Assembly (NCBI GenBank): GCA_963831955.1
Contig: CAWHSG010000001.1
Location: forward strand, 903,140-967,139
Source: an uncultured Acidobacteriota bacterium
GTDB lineage: Bacteria; Acidobacteriota; Terriglobia; Acidiferrales; UBA7541
DNA: 64,000 nucleotides
Direction: 5' to 3'
This document shows, piece after piece, positions 7,405-15,861 of the stretch. Under the pieces are notes generated by a model, which worked only from the letters and a program-made list of their open reading frames with translations, did not search any database and was not told the DNA's origin. How positions within the stretch are numbered: position 1 is the first letter of the stretch; every line of letters starts with the position of its first letter. Position numbers and translations under genes: made by a program.

Positions 7405-10230
7405 TTAGCTGCACCCCGAAGTGCTGCCGCAATTTACGCACTTGTAGCAACTGCCATTGGGCACCATGAGCATTCCGCATTCGGAGCAGGAGGGCGCGTC
7501 GTCGGTGGTGAAGCGCGTGCGCGCCGACGCCGCCATGGCATTTGGATCGGCGGGCGCGGAGGCGCCTCCGAAAACGGCCGGCGCCGGCATAGTCGCTGCT
7601 GCCGAGGCTTGCGTGCCGAGCAACGTATCCTCATCGGCCGGCGGATTCAGCTTCAAATAAACCGGCGAGATGAATTTGCCGCCGAGCCAACGCGCGATGT
7701 AATCGAGCACCGAGCTGGCGAAACGAATGTCGTTGTTGTGCGTGTAGCCGGCCGGCTCGAAGCGCGTATTCATCAGCTTATCCACGAGTGCTTTGAGCGG
7801 CACGCCGTATTGCAGGCCGATGGAAATCGATAGCGCGATGCCGTCCATCAGGCCGGAAAGCGTGGCGCCTTCCTTGGCCATTTTGATGAAAAGCTCGCCG
7901 GGCGTGCCATCGTCATACATGCCGACAGTGAGGTAGCCTTCATGGCCTCCCAGCCAGAACTTGTGGGTGATCGATTTCCGCTCATCCGGAAGTTTGCGCC
8001 GCGAAGTGCGCACGAAAAGTTCCCGCTGTTCGGGAGCAGGTGTTTCGGGTCCATCCGCGGCGGAAGCCGCCAACGCGTTGGCCGCCGCTTCTTTCTTTCC
8101 GCCGGAAGCCGAAAGCGGCTGCGAGCGCTTCGAATTATCGCGGTAGATAGCCACGGCCTTCAGCCCATATTTCCACGATTCGATGTACGCCTGCATGATG
8201 TCTTCGACGGTGGATTCTTCGGGCATGTTGATGGTCTTGCTGATCGCGCCCGAAAGGAACGGTTGCGCCGCGGCCATCATGCGCAGATGCCCGCGCCAGG
8301 CGATGGAACGTCCGCCGCCTGCTGGAGCCAGCGAGCAATCGAAAACCGGGAGGTGCTCGGGCTTCAGATTCGGCGCGCCCTCGATTTTACCGTTCTGATC
8401 AATGTAATCCACGATTTGGCCGACTTCTTCGGGCGTGTAGCCAAGGTGCAGCAGCGCCCGCGGGACGGTGTTGTTCACAATCTTGATCACGCCGCCGCCG
8501 ACCAGCCTCTTCTGCTTCACCAGCGCGAGATCGGGCTCGATGCCGGTGGTATCGCAATCCATCATGAAGCCGATGGTGCCGGTGGGCGCGAGCACAGAAA
8601 CCTGCGAATTCTTGTAGCCAAATTTTTCGCCGTGAGCGAGCGCGTTGTCCCAAGCTTCCTGCGCCGCGTGCAGCAAGTCGGGCTGAACGTTATCTTCCTT
8701 AATCGGCCGCAGCGAATCGCGATGCATGCGAATCACGTCCAGCATCGGCTCGCGATTCACCGCATAACCGGCAAACGGCCCCATGCGCTCAGCAATTCTC
8801 GAGGATTGATAGTAAGACTCGCCTGTCATGAGCGAAGTGATCGCCCCGCAGAGATCGCGCCCCGCATCGGAATCGTACGGCACGGCCAAAGTCATCAGCA
8901 GCGCCCCAAGATTTGCGTAACCGATGCCCAGCGGACGGAAGTCGTGCGAATTCTTGGCGATGCGCTCCGTGGGATAGCTGGCGTTATCCACCAGAATTTC
9001 CTGCGCGGTGATAGTGATGTCCACGGCGTGGCGGAAGCCCTCGACGTCAAATTGATCGTTCGAGCCGAGAAACTTCAGAAGATTGAGCGAGGCCAGATTG
9101 CAAGCCGTGTCGTCGAGGAACATGTATTCGGAGCAAGGATTCGAGGCATAAATGCGATCGGTGCCCTTGCAGGTGTGCCAGCGATTGACGGTGGTGTCGT
9201 ACTGCATGCCGGGATCGCCACATTGCCACGCGGATTCGGCCATACGGTGCAGCAATTCGCGCGCGCTGAATTTCTCGGCAGGTTTGCCGTCGGCGACGTT
9301 CTTGGTCCACCAATCGCCGTCTTCTTCGGTGGCTTGCATGAATTCGTCGGTGACGCGCACCGAGTGATTCGCGTTCTGAAAGAAAATCGAGGAATACGCT
9401 TCGCCGTCAATCGAAGGATCGTAGCCGCTCTCGATCAGCGTATGCGCCTTGCGCTCTTCCTTCACCTTGCTCTCAATGAACTCAGCGATATCGGGGTGAT
9501 CCACGTTGAGAATCACCATTTTTGCAGCGCGACGCGTCTTGCCACCGCTCTTGATCACGCCGGCAAAAGCATCGAAACCTTTCATGAAGCTCACTGGTCC
9601 CGAAGCGATGCCGCCGCCCGAAAGCGATTCGCGGCTGCCGCGCAGCGTAGAAAAATTCGTGCCGGTGCCGGAGCCCCACTTGAAGAGCATGCCTTCCGTC
9701 CGCGCCAGACCCATGATCGATTCCATGTCGTCTTTCACGGAATTGATGAAGCAAGCCGAGCATTGCGGTTTAGGCTGCACGCCGACGTTGAACCACACCG
9801 GCGAATTGAAAGCCATTTTCTGCTCTAGCAGCAGATGCGTAAGCTCATCGCGGAAAGCATCGCGCGATTCATTGGAAGCGAAGTAGCCGCCCTCTTCGCC
9901 CCAGCGCACAATGGTATTCGCCACGCGCCCAATCAAATGCTTGACAGAAGTTTCGCGCTCCGGCGTATTCGGTTTGCCGTGAAAATATTTCGAGGCGACT
10001 ATGTTTGTAGCAGTCTGCGACCAGGATTTCGGTACAGCAATTCCTTCCTGACGAAAAATGGTCTGACCTTTGTCATTGCCGATGAGTGCGGTGCGCTTTT
10101 CCCATTCCACTTTGTCGTAGGGAGAGATCGAGCCGTCGGTAAACAGGCGGCGAAATTCCAGGCCGCGTTGCGAGCCGATTTGCGGCTCCGATGTGAGTTT
10201 CCCGTTTAATGCCATCCGTGCTTCTGCCAT
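7405..10230 (-). CDS. nrdJ: ribonucleoside-diphosphate/triphosphate reductase, class II, adenosylcobalamin-dependent
   Basis: Motifs SNPCSEY, CNLASLNL, PTGTIGFMMDCDTTGIEPD and ISKTINMP, plus a Cys-rich C-terminal tail CSECG...CYKCVNCG. ATG 10230 is preceded by GGAGG, so I prefer it to the TTG at 10275. Confidence 0.9.
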   Translation of the reverse strand: MAEARMALNGKLTSEPQIGSQRGLEFRRLFTDGSISPYDKVEWEKRTALIGNDKGQTIFRQEGIAVPKSWSQTATNIVASKYFHGKPNTPERETSVKHLIGRVANTIVRWGEEGGYFASNESRDAFRDELTHLLLEQKMAFNSPVWFNVGVQPKPQCSACFINSVKDDMESIMGLARTEGMLFKWGSGTGTNFSTLRGSRESLSGGGIASGPVSFMKGFDAFAGVIKSGGKTRRAAKMVILNVDHPDIAEFIESKVKEERKAHTLIESGYDPSIDGEAYSSIFFQNANHSVRVTDEFMQATEEDGDWWTKNVADGKPAEKFSARELLHRMAESAWQCGDPGMQYDTTVNRWHTCKGTDRIYASNPCSEYMFLDDTACNLASLNLLKFLGSNDQFDVEGFRHAVDITITAQEILVDNASYPTERIAKNSHDFRPLGIGYANLGALLMTLAVPYDSDAGRDLCGAITSLMTGESYYQSSRIAERMGPFAGYAVNREPMLDVIRMHRDSLRPIKEDNVQPDLLHAAQEAWDNALAHGEKFGYKNSQVSVLAPTGTIGFMMDCDTTGIEPDLALVKQKRLVGGGVIKIVNNTVPRALLHLGYTPEEVGQIVDYIDQNGKIEGAPNLKPEHLPVFDCSLAPAGGGRSIAWRGHLRMMAAAQPFLSGAISKTINMPEESTVEDIMQAYIESWKYGLKAVAIYRDNSKRSQPLSASGGKKEAAANALAASAADGPETPAPEQRELFVRTSRRKLPDERKSITHKFWLGGHEGYLTVGMYDDGTPGELFIKMAKEGATLSGLMDGIALSISIGLQYGVPLKALVDKLMNTRFEPAGYTHNNDIRFASSVLDYIARWLGGKFISPVYLKLNPPADEDTLLGTQASAAATMPAPAVFGGASAPADPNAMAASARTRFTTDDAPSCSECGMLMVPNGSCYKCVNCGSTSGCS

Positions 10231-10469
10231 TGATGCCTCCGCGCAGGCATTCGAGCCGCCGGTGATTTGCTTCAAGGACCGCTAGGCGGGGCTTATCTAT
10301 TGTAACCCCGCGAGTGCCCCCAAGACGATCATCCGGCGCACGCTGGGGGTGCGTCGCCGCCGTCGTCCAAAGAATGGAAAAGCATAGCCCTACCATGACA
10401 AAAAATCATGTCAAGGGCGGGCTTGCTGGCGCTTCGAGCCGCTCTATGATTGATTTGACTTCGTTTGGT

Positions 10470-10512
10470 CCGGAAATTTAATGGCTCACGAAGTAAGCGA
10501 TTAAATTTCCGG
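10470..10512. promoter_or_regulatory. 13-bp perfect AT-rich inverted repeat (CCGGAAATTTAAT-17 nt-ATTAAATTTCCGG) in the nrdJ leader
   Basis: Read directly from the sequence. It lies just downstream of the predicted nrdJ -10 element and could be an operator or an RNA hairpin. Confidence 0.5.
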
Positions 10513-10529
10513 AAACAAAGTCGCCGCCG

Positions 10530-10557
10530 AGTATAGGGGATGTGGAAAAGTTGTCAA
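10530..10557 (-). promoter_or_regulatory. sigma-70-type promoter candidate for nrdJ (TTGACA-16 nt-TATACT) with a TTTTCCACA DnaA box in the spacer
   Basis: The minus strand reads TTCTTGACAACTTTTCCACATCCCCTATACTCGG. The -35 is at 10552..10557, the -10 at 10530..10535 and the DnaA-box 9-mer at 10541..10549. Confidence 0.55.
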
Positions 10558-10942
10558 GAAAAAACTGGCCTCCGGGATACAAAATGTTGTGGCGAAGTTG
10601 TCGTAAGCGTCTATGTGTCGTGGTACGTATGCGAAAGGTACGTAGACCAGTTTGCTCCAAATTTTTCAATTCCTCACCGAATTTAATTTCTTCGCGACAT
10701 ACCCATGCGGTCAAGAAGCATTTCGTTGTCATCTCGAACCCGCCTCTCAAGGTGAGGGATCTGCATTTGTTTTTTGTAGGGGCCCGGGTTCACCTCCCGC
10801 CCGATTTGGCTTTGGGTTTTCTTCCGATTCGCGTTTTGGTTTTCGCTTCCGCTAACACGTCTCGCCACGCACGCAATTTCGCATCGTGGAACATAAACCC
10901 GCCACCACGATTGACTTTCACCCGCGCCTCCAAAAAAATGTG

Positions 10943-11905
10943 ATGGTGAGCACCCCGGCAATCGAATTCGAAGCCCTCACCAAAGACTACGCCTACGGTT
11001 TCTGGCGCAAACGCCAACGGCGCGCGCTCGATGCGCTCACTTTCGAAGTGCGCGAGGGCGAAGTCTTCGGCTTCCTCGGCCCTAACGGCGCCGGCAAAAC
11101 CACCACGCTGAGGCTGCTGATGAGCCTCATCTTCCCGACCAGCGGTACGGCGCGGATTCGCGGGCGTTCCATCGACGATATCGAAATGCATCGGGAGATC
11201 GGATTTCTCCCTGAGCAGCCGTATTTTTACGATTACTTGACCGCCCGCGAGCTTCTCGATTATTCCGCGCGTTTTTTCAAATTCTCCGCATCTGATCGCC
11301 GCGAGCGAGTCACCCGATTTCTCGAGCGCGTGGGCCTAAGCGCCGCCGCGGATGTGCAGTTGCGGCGATTTTCGAAGGGAATGTTGCAGCGCGTGGGAAT
11401 CGCGCAAGCCATCCTGCACGATCCGAATGTAATTTTCCTGGATGAGCCGACCTCAGGGCTCGATCCCGTGGGCCGCCGCGAAGTCCGCGAGATTATTCTG
11501 GACTTGCAGCGGCAGGGGCGCACCGTTTTTTTCTCCACGCACATTCTGCCGGATGCCGAGGTGCTCTGCGATCGCGTCGCGGTGCTCGTCGGCGGAAAGC
11601 TGCAAGGCGTGGGCTCGCCGCAGGAAATCGTCTCGATCGAAGTGCTAGGCATGGAAGTGCTGTTCGAGTTGCCGGCGGGCCGCACAGTGCCAACCGCGCT
11701 CGCCAGCCACGTCACACCATCCGGAGGCGCCTATCGGCTCGATGTACCAGAAGCCCAGCTCTACGACTCCATCGCACAATTGCGAGCCTGCGACGCGCGG
11801 ATCGTTTCCGTCGCGCAATTGAAGCCCACGCTCGAGGATTATTTCTTCAAGCTCGTCGGACGCGAAGCGGCGCCATCCTATGCCGTCGAGGTGGCCGATA
11901 AATGA
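10943..11905 (+). CDS. ABC transporter ATP-binding protein
   Basis: Walker A GPNGAGKTT, signature-like FSKGMLQR and Walker B IFLDEPTSGLD. The start is moved to ATG 10943 (MVSTPAIEFEALTKDY). Confidence 0.9.
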   Translation: MVSTPAIEFEALTKDYAYGFWRKRQRRALDALTFEVREGEVFGFLGPNGAGKTTTLRLLMSLIFPTSGTARIRGRSIDDIEMHREIGFLPEQPYFYDYLTARELLDYSARFFKFSASDRRERVTRFLERVGLSAAADVQLRRFSKGMLQRVGIAQAILHDPNVIFLDEPTSGLDPVGRREVREIILDLQRQGRTVFFSTHILPDAEVLCDRVAVLVGGKLQGVGSPQEIVSIEVLGMEVLFELPAGRTVPTALASHVTPSGGAYRLDVPEAQLYDSIAQLRACDARIVSVAQLKPTLEDYFFKLVGREAAPSYAVEVADK

Positions 11906-12681
11906 GCAGCGTTCCCTTTTTCGTCGCGGTGAATACGTTCCGCGAATCGGTGCGCGACCGCGTGCTCTACAATTTGATTTTTTTCGCGCTGTTGATGATC
12001 GTCGCGGCAGTCTTCGTCGGGCAAATTTCCATTGGCATCGAGCGCCTGGTAATCGTCAATCTCGGCCTGAGCGCTATCTCGCTGCTCGGACTCGTGATGT
12101 CGGTTTTCATCGGCGTCGGCCTGGTTTACAAGGAAATCGAGCGCCGCACGCTCTATAGCATTTTGGCCAAGCCCGTCCGCCGCTGGGAATTTCTCACCGG
12201 AAAATATCTGGGCTTGCTGCTCACGCTGGCAATCAACACCGCGCTGATGACCCTCGGCCTGTTCCTCGCGTTGCTCTATGTAAATCACGCCATCGTCCGC
12301 GCCGACGCACCGATTCTGCTGGCCGTCTATTTCATCTTGCTCGAATTCGCGATGGTCACGGCCCTCGCGCTGTTCTTCTCCTGCTTCTCCACGCCCATGC
12401 TCTCCACGCTTTACACCCTCGGCATCTTCCTAGCCGGCACGTTTGCATCCGATCTGCGCGATGCGGGGGCGTTGAGCAACAGCGGTGCGGTAAAAGCGCT
12501 CACTTCGGTCCTCTATTACGCGCTGCCCAATTTCAGCAATTTCAACGTAATCGGCGCTACCGCGCACGGCGACGCAATTCCATTCTCGCTGGTTTGGCAA
12601 AATACCGCGTACGCTGCAATTTACATTTTGGCATTGCTGCTGGCAGCCTCCGCCGTTTTCTCGAACCGGAACCTGAAATGA
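11902..12681 (+). CDS. ABC-2 type transporter permease
   Basis: ATGA overlap with the ATPase gene. About 6 predicted hydrophobic helices throughout. Confidence 0.75.
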   Translation: MSSVPFFVAVNTFRESVRDRVLYNLIFFALLMIVAAVFVGQISIGIERLVIVNLGLSAISLLGLVMSVFIGVGLVYKEIERRTLYSILAKPVRRWEFLTGKYLGLLLTLAINTALMTLGLFLALLYVNHAIVRADAPILLAVYFILLEFAMVTALALFFSCFSTPMLSTLYTLGIFLAGTFASDLRDAGALSNSGAVKALTSVLYYALPNFSNFNVIGATAHGDAIPFSLVWQNTAYAAIYILALLLAASAVFSNRNLK

Positions 12682-12705
12682 AATTCTTCCGGCGAGTGGT
12701 TTGAA

Positions 12706-13605
12706 ATGCACATCTCCGCGCGCGACCGTCAAATCTGGATTGCAGCGCTGGGAGTTCCTCTACTTCTTCTCTCGCTCTATCCCTTGCAGCGTCGCATTAC
12801 CGAAAAAAAAGATTCCATCGAGCAACAGCAAGAATTATTGCTGCGTTCCGGCAAGCTGCTGAAGCGGCTTAGCCTGGGCTACGATTCGCTGCTCGCCGAC
12901 ATCTATTGGACACGCACGGTGCAGTACAACGGCGGCGTAATCGCGCGCGGTGTAAATGACTTCGGGCTGCTGGCGCCGCTCCTCGACGTAACCACCGATC
13001 TCGATCCGCGGCTCGATGTGGCCTACCGCTACGGCGCAATTTTCCTTTCGGAGAAAGTTCCCGCCGGCGCGGGGCGTCCGGATCAAGCCATCGCTCTGGT
13101 GCGCAAAGGCATCGCCGCTAATCCCACGAATTGGCGCCTCTACTACGATCTCGGCTTCGTCTATTACTGGTACCTGCGCGATTACCAGCAAGCCGCGCAA
13201 ACTTTCTGGGAGGGCAGCAAAGTCCCCGGGGCGATGCCCTGGATGAGCGCCATGGCCGCGCACATTGCCGGCTCGGGCGGCTCGCGCGAAACTTCCCGCT
13301 TCATGTGGGGCCAAATTTACGAATCGTCGCAAGACATCACCATCCGCGCCAACGCGCTAGCCCACTTGCAGGCGCTGCGCACTCTCGATGATCTCGACGC
13401 GCTCACGAATTTCGCCGAAACCTACAAAAAACGAACTGGTCACGCTCCTACTTCCATGCAAGATCTCGTCAACGCCCACATCATCCTGGGCATTCCGCAA
13501 GATCCCGGCGGCTATCCTTATATATTCGACGCGAATGGCGAGCCCGCCGCAAATCCCGAGAGCCCCATGGCCGAGCGCGTGAAAAACTGGTCCGGCCGCA
13601 AGTAA
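12706..13605 (+). CDS. membrane-anchored hypothetical protein, TPR-like helical repeats
   Basis: N-terminal TM segment (IWIAALGVPLLLLSLYPL). Same strand as, and 24 nt after, the permease gene. Helical repeat-like composition. Confidence 0.55.
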   Translation: MHISARDRQIWIAALGVPLLLLSLYPLQRRITEKKDSIEQQQELLLRSGKLLKRLSLGYDSLLADIYWTRTVQYNGGVIARGVNDFGLLAPLLDVTTDLDPRLDVAYRYGAIFLSEKVPAGAGRPDQAIALVRKGIAANPTNWRLYYDLGFVYYWYLRDYQQAAQTFWEGSKVPGAMPWMSAMAAHIAGSGGSRETSRFMWGQIYESSQDITIRANALAHLQALRTLDDLDALTNFAETYKKRTGHAPTSMQDLVNAHIILGIPQDPGGYPYIFDANGEPAANPESPMAERVKNWSGRK

Positions 13606-13736
13606 CGCGGGTTTAACTTTCCGCCGCAGACGCCGTTCCTAATCTGTACCGCCGGACAGGTCGCCTGCATCCCATTCTTGGCATTAAACTGAGGGCGTCG
13701 GGCGGAGCGGCCCCGCTGCGGCTCATTTGCCGGAGG

Positions 13737-15686
13737 ATGGAATTCATGTTGGGACGAATCCAAGTTCGACGATCGCTGGTGCTCCTCGCAGCTTTGACAC
13801 TGGGTTCTTGCGGCGGCGGGAAAGGCGGCGGCTCGGCAAGTTCCCCAGCGCCCGTGGCGCCGGCGATCACCTCGCAGCCCACCAGCCAGAGCGTGACGGC
13901 TCCGGCAACCGCAACTTTTTCGGTGACGGCATCGGGAACGGCGCCCTTGAGCTACCAATGGCAGGAGAATAACTCGAACATCGCCGGCGCGACGACTGCC
14001 AGTTATACGACGCCTCCCACCACGAGCGCAGATGACGGCTCGACCTTCGACGTAACGGTGACCAATTCCGCCGGAAGCGCCACCAGCAACACGGTGACGC
14101 TCTCGGTTTCGACCACTTCGATGGCTGCGGGCACAGACATCGTCACATTTCACAACGATGTGGCGCGAACCGGACTGAATCCGACTGAGACGACGCTCAC
14201 TCAAGCCAATGTGAACGTGCACACGTTCGGCCTGCTGCGAAATCTTGCCGTGGATGGAAACGTGGATGCCGAGCCGCTCTATCTTTCCGGACTGATGATC
14301 AATGGCGCAGCGCACAACGTAGTTTTCGTCGAAACCGAGAACGAAAGCGTCTACGCCTTCGATTCCGATAGCGGCGCAACGCTCTGGCAGGACACGGTCG
14401 CAAATCTGCTCCCCGCCGGCGAGACCGCCAGCGATAATCGCGGCTGCGGCCAGGTGACTCCGACGATCGGCATCACCGCCACTCCCGTGATCGATCGCAA
14501 AGCCGGCCAACACGGAACAATGTTCCTGGTCGGCATGTCCAAGGATGCCCAGGGCAATTATCATCAGCGGCTGCACGCGCTCGATGTGACCACCGGCGCG
14601 GAGCTGCTCAACGGCCCAACCGAAATCAGCGCCACATATCCTGGCACCGGCCTGGGAAACAACAACGGCGTCATGACTTTCGCACCCGGAAATTACAAAG
14701 AGCGAGCCGCCCTGCTGCTCCTCAACGGCCAAATCTATCTCAGTTTCGCATCGCACTGCGATTTCCCGCCGTATCAAGCCTGGGTGATGGCCTATAGTGA
14801 AAGCTCGCTGCACCAAACCACCGTCCTCAATCTCACCGCCAACGGAGGAGACACCGGCCCCAACGGCAAATGGGGCTCCGGCGCTATCTGGCAAAGCGGC
14901 GGCGGACCAGCAGCCGATCCGCAAGGCAACATTTATATCGCGATGGCCAACGGAGCCTTCGAGACCACGCTCGATGGCAACGGATTTCCCAATCAGCAGG
15001 ATTTCGGCAACGCCTTCGTGAAGCTATCACTCACCGGCAGCAAACTCTCCGTCGTCGATTACTTCACCATGACTGGCACGTTGAACGAAGACGATAGCGA
15101 TCAGGATCTGGGTTCCGGCGGGCCGCTTGTTCTCCCTGACTTGAGTAACGGCAGCGGAACCACCGAGCATCTGGCCATTGCCGCGGGAAAAGATGGCGCC
15201 ATCTATGTGGCAGACCGCACGAATATGGGCAAATTCAACGCCACTACCGACAATATTTATCAGGAATTGCTGCACGCGGTTCCCGAGGGAGTTTGGGCGG
15301 TTCCAGCCTACTTCAATCAGACCGTCTATTACTGCGATCAGGCCAGCAATCTGAAAGCGTTTGCGATCAGCAATGCGAAGCTGTCAGGACCCACATCATC
15401 CACTGCGACGAGTTTCGAATATCCTGGGGCACTGCCGTCCGTATCCGCGAACGGCACATCGGATGGCATCGTCTGGGCCATCGAGAATTCGGGCGTGGCC
15501 GTCCTGCGCGCCTACCCCGCGAATGATTTGACTACTGAACTCTACGACAGCAATCAAGCCGCCGGCAGCGCCGATCATCCCGGCGACGGAAATAAATTCA
15601 TCACCCCGGCAATCGCCGACGGAAAAGTATTTGTAGCCACGCAAGCAAGCGTAGCCGTGTACGGCTTGCTCCCGGCGCAACGTTAA
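13737..15686 (+). CDS. lipoprotein with Ig-like domain and PQQ-like beta-propeller
   Basis: Lipobox LTLGSC. Ig-like module ITSQPTSQSVTAPATATFSVTASGTAPLSYQWQ...TVTNSAGSATSNTVTLSV, followed by propeller-like repeats (VYAFDSDSGATLWQ, GAIYVADR). Confidence 0.7.
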   Translation: MEFMLGRIQVRRSLVLLAALTLGSCGGGKGGGSASSPAPVAPAITSQPTSQSVTAPATATFSVTASGTAPLSYQWQENNSNIAGATTASYTTPPTTSADDGSTFDVTVTNSAGSATSNTVTLSVSTTSMAAGTDIVTFHNDVARTGLNPTETTLTQANVNVHTFGLLRNLAVDGNVDAEPLYLSGLMINGAAHNVVFVETENESVYAFDSDSGATLWQDTVANLLPAGETASDNRGCGQVTPTIGITATPVIDRKAGQHGTMFLVGMSKDAQGNYHQRLHALDVTTGAELLNGPTEISATYPGTGLGNNNGVMTFAPGNYKERAALLLLNGQIYLSFASHCDFPPYQAWVMAYSESSLHQTTVLNLTANGGDTGPNGKWGSGAIWQSGGGPAADPQGNIYIAMANGAFETTLDGNGFPNQQDFGNAFVKLSLTGSKLSVVDYFTMTGTLNEDDSDQDLGSGGPLVLPDLSNGSGTTEHLAIAAGKDGAIYVADRTNMGKFNATTDNIYQELLHAVPEGVWAVPAYFNQTVYYCDQASNLKAFAISNAKLSGPTSSTATSFEYPGALPSVSANGTSDGIVWAIENSGVAVLRAYPANDLTTELYDSNQAAGSADHPGDGNKFITPAIADGKVFVATQASVAVYGLLPAQR

Positions 15687-15718
15687 GTAGCGCCGGCGTC
15701 CCCGCCGGCATCTTACGA
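15687..15718 (+). repeat. REP-like palindrome family A (GTAGCGCCGGCGTCCCCGCCGGCATCTTACGA)
   Basis: Starts 1 nt after the stop codon at 15684..15686. It is the inverted partner of 15829..15860. Confidence 0.8.
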
Positions 15719-15828
15719 GCGCGAGTTCGCCAAGGCCGTTATCACGGTCGGACCTACCCGTTTGGAACAGAGGATCTAATTTGATTGTGTACGCCGCGCT
15801 TGATTACGGTCTTTGCGGGCTTTTGTGG

Positions 15829-15860
15829 TCGTAAGATGCCGGCGGGGACGCCGGCGCTAC
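15829..15860 (-). repeat. REP-like palindrome family A
   Basis: TCGTAAGATGCCGGCGGGGACGCCGGCGCTAC. Ends 1 nt before the stop of the convergent gene at 15862. Confidence 0.8.
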
Positions 15861-15861
15861 T

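Noticed and set aside
7942-9828. 628-aa ORF antisense to nrdJ. Similar long antisense ORFs occur at 13518..14924, 39189..40517, 45873..46748, 42373..43257 and 33398..33967.
   Set aside because: They lie entirely inside strongly recognisable genes on the opposite strand and have Arg/Ala/Gly/His-rich low-information translations. This is typical of stop-poor antisense frames in high-GC DNA.
10231-10523. Cobalamin riboswitch or NrdR boxes in the nrdJ leader.
   Set aside because: I could not find the B12-box/GCCACTG core or tandem ACAC-N-GTGT 16-mers by eye. Only a weak TGACA-N8-TGTCA near 10396..10413 is present. This is left as an unassigned structured leader pending an Infernal scan.
10478-10750. 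90-aa minus-strand ORF and 133-aa plus-strand ORF (10542..10943) in the nrdJ/ABC divergent intergenic region.
   Set aside because: They overlap each other and the predicted promoter and palindrome, sit in the only AT-rich stretch, and have no recognisable domains or RBS. The region is treated as regulatory DNA.
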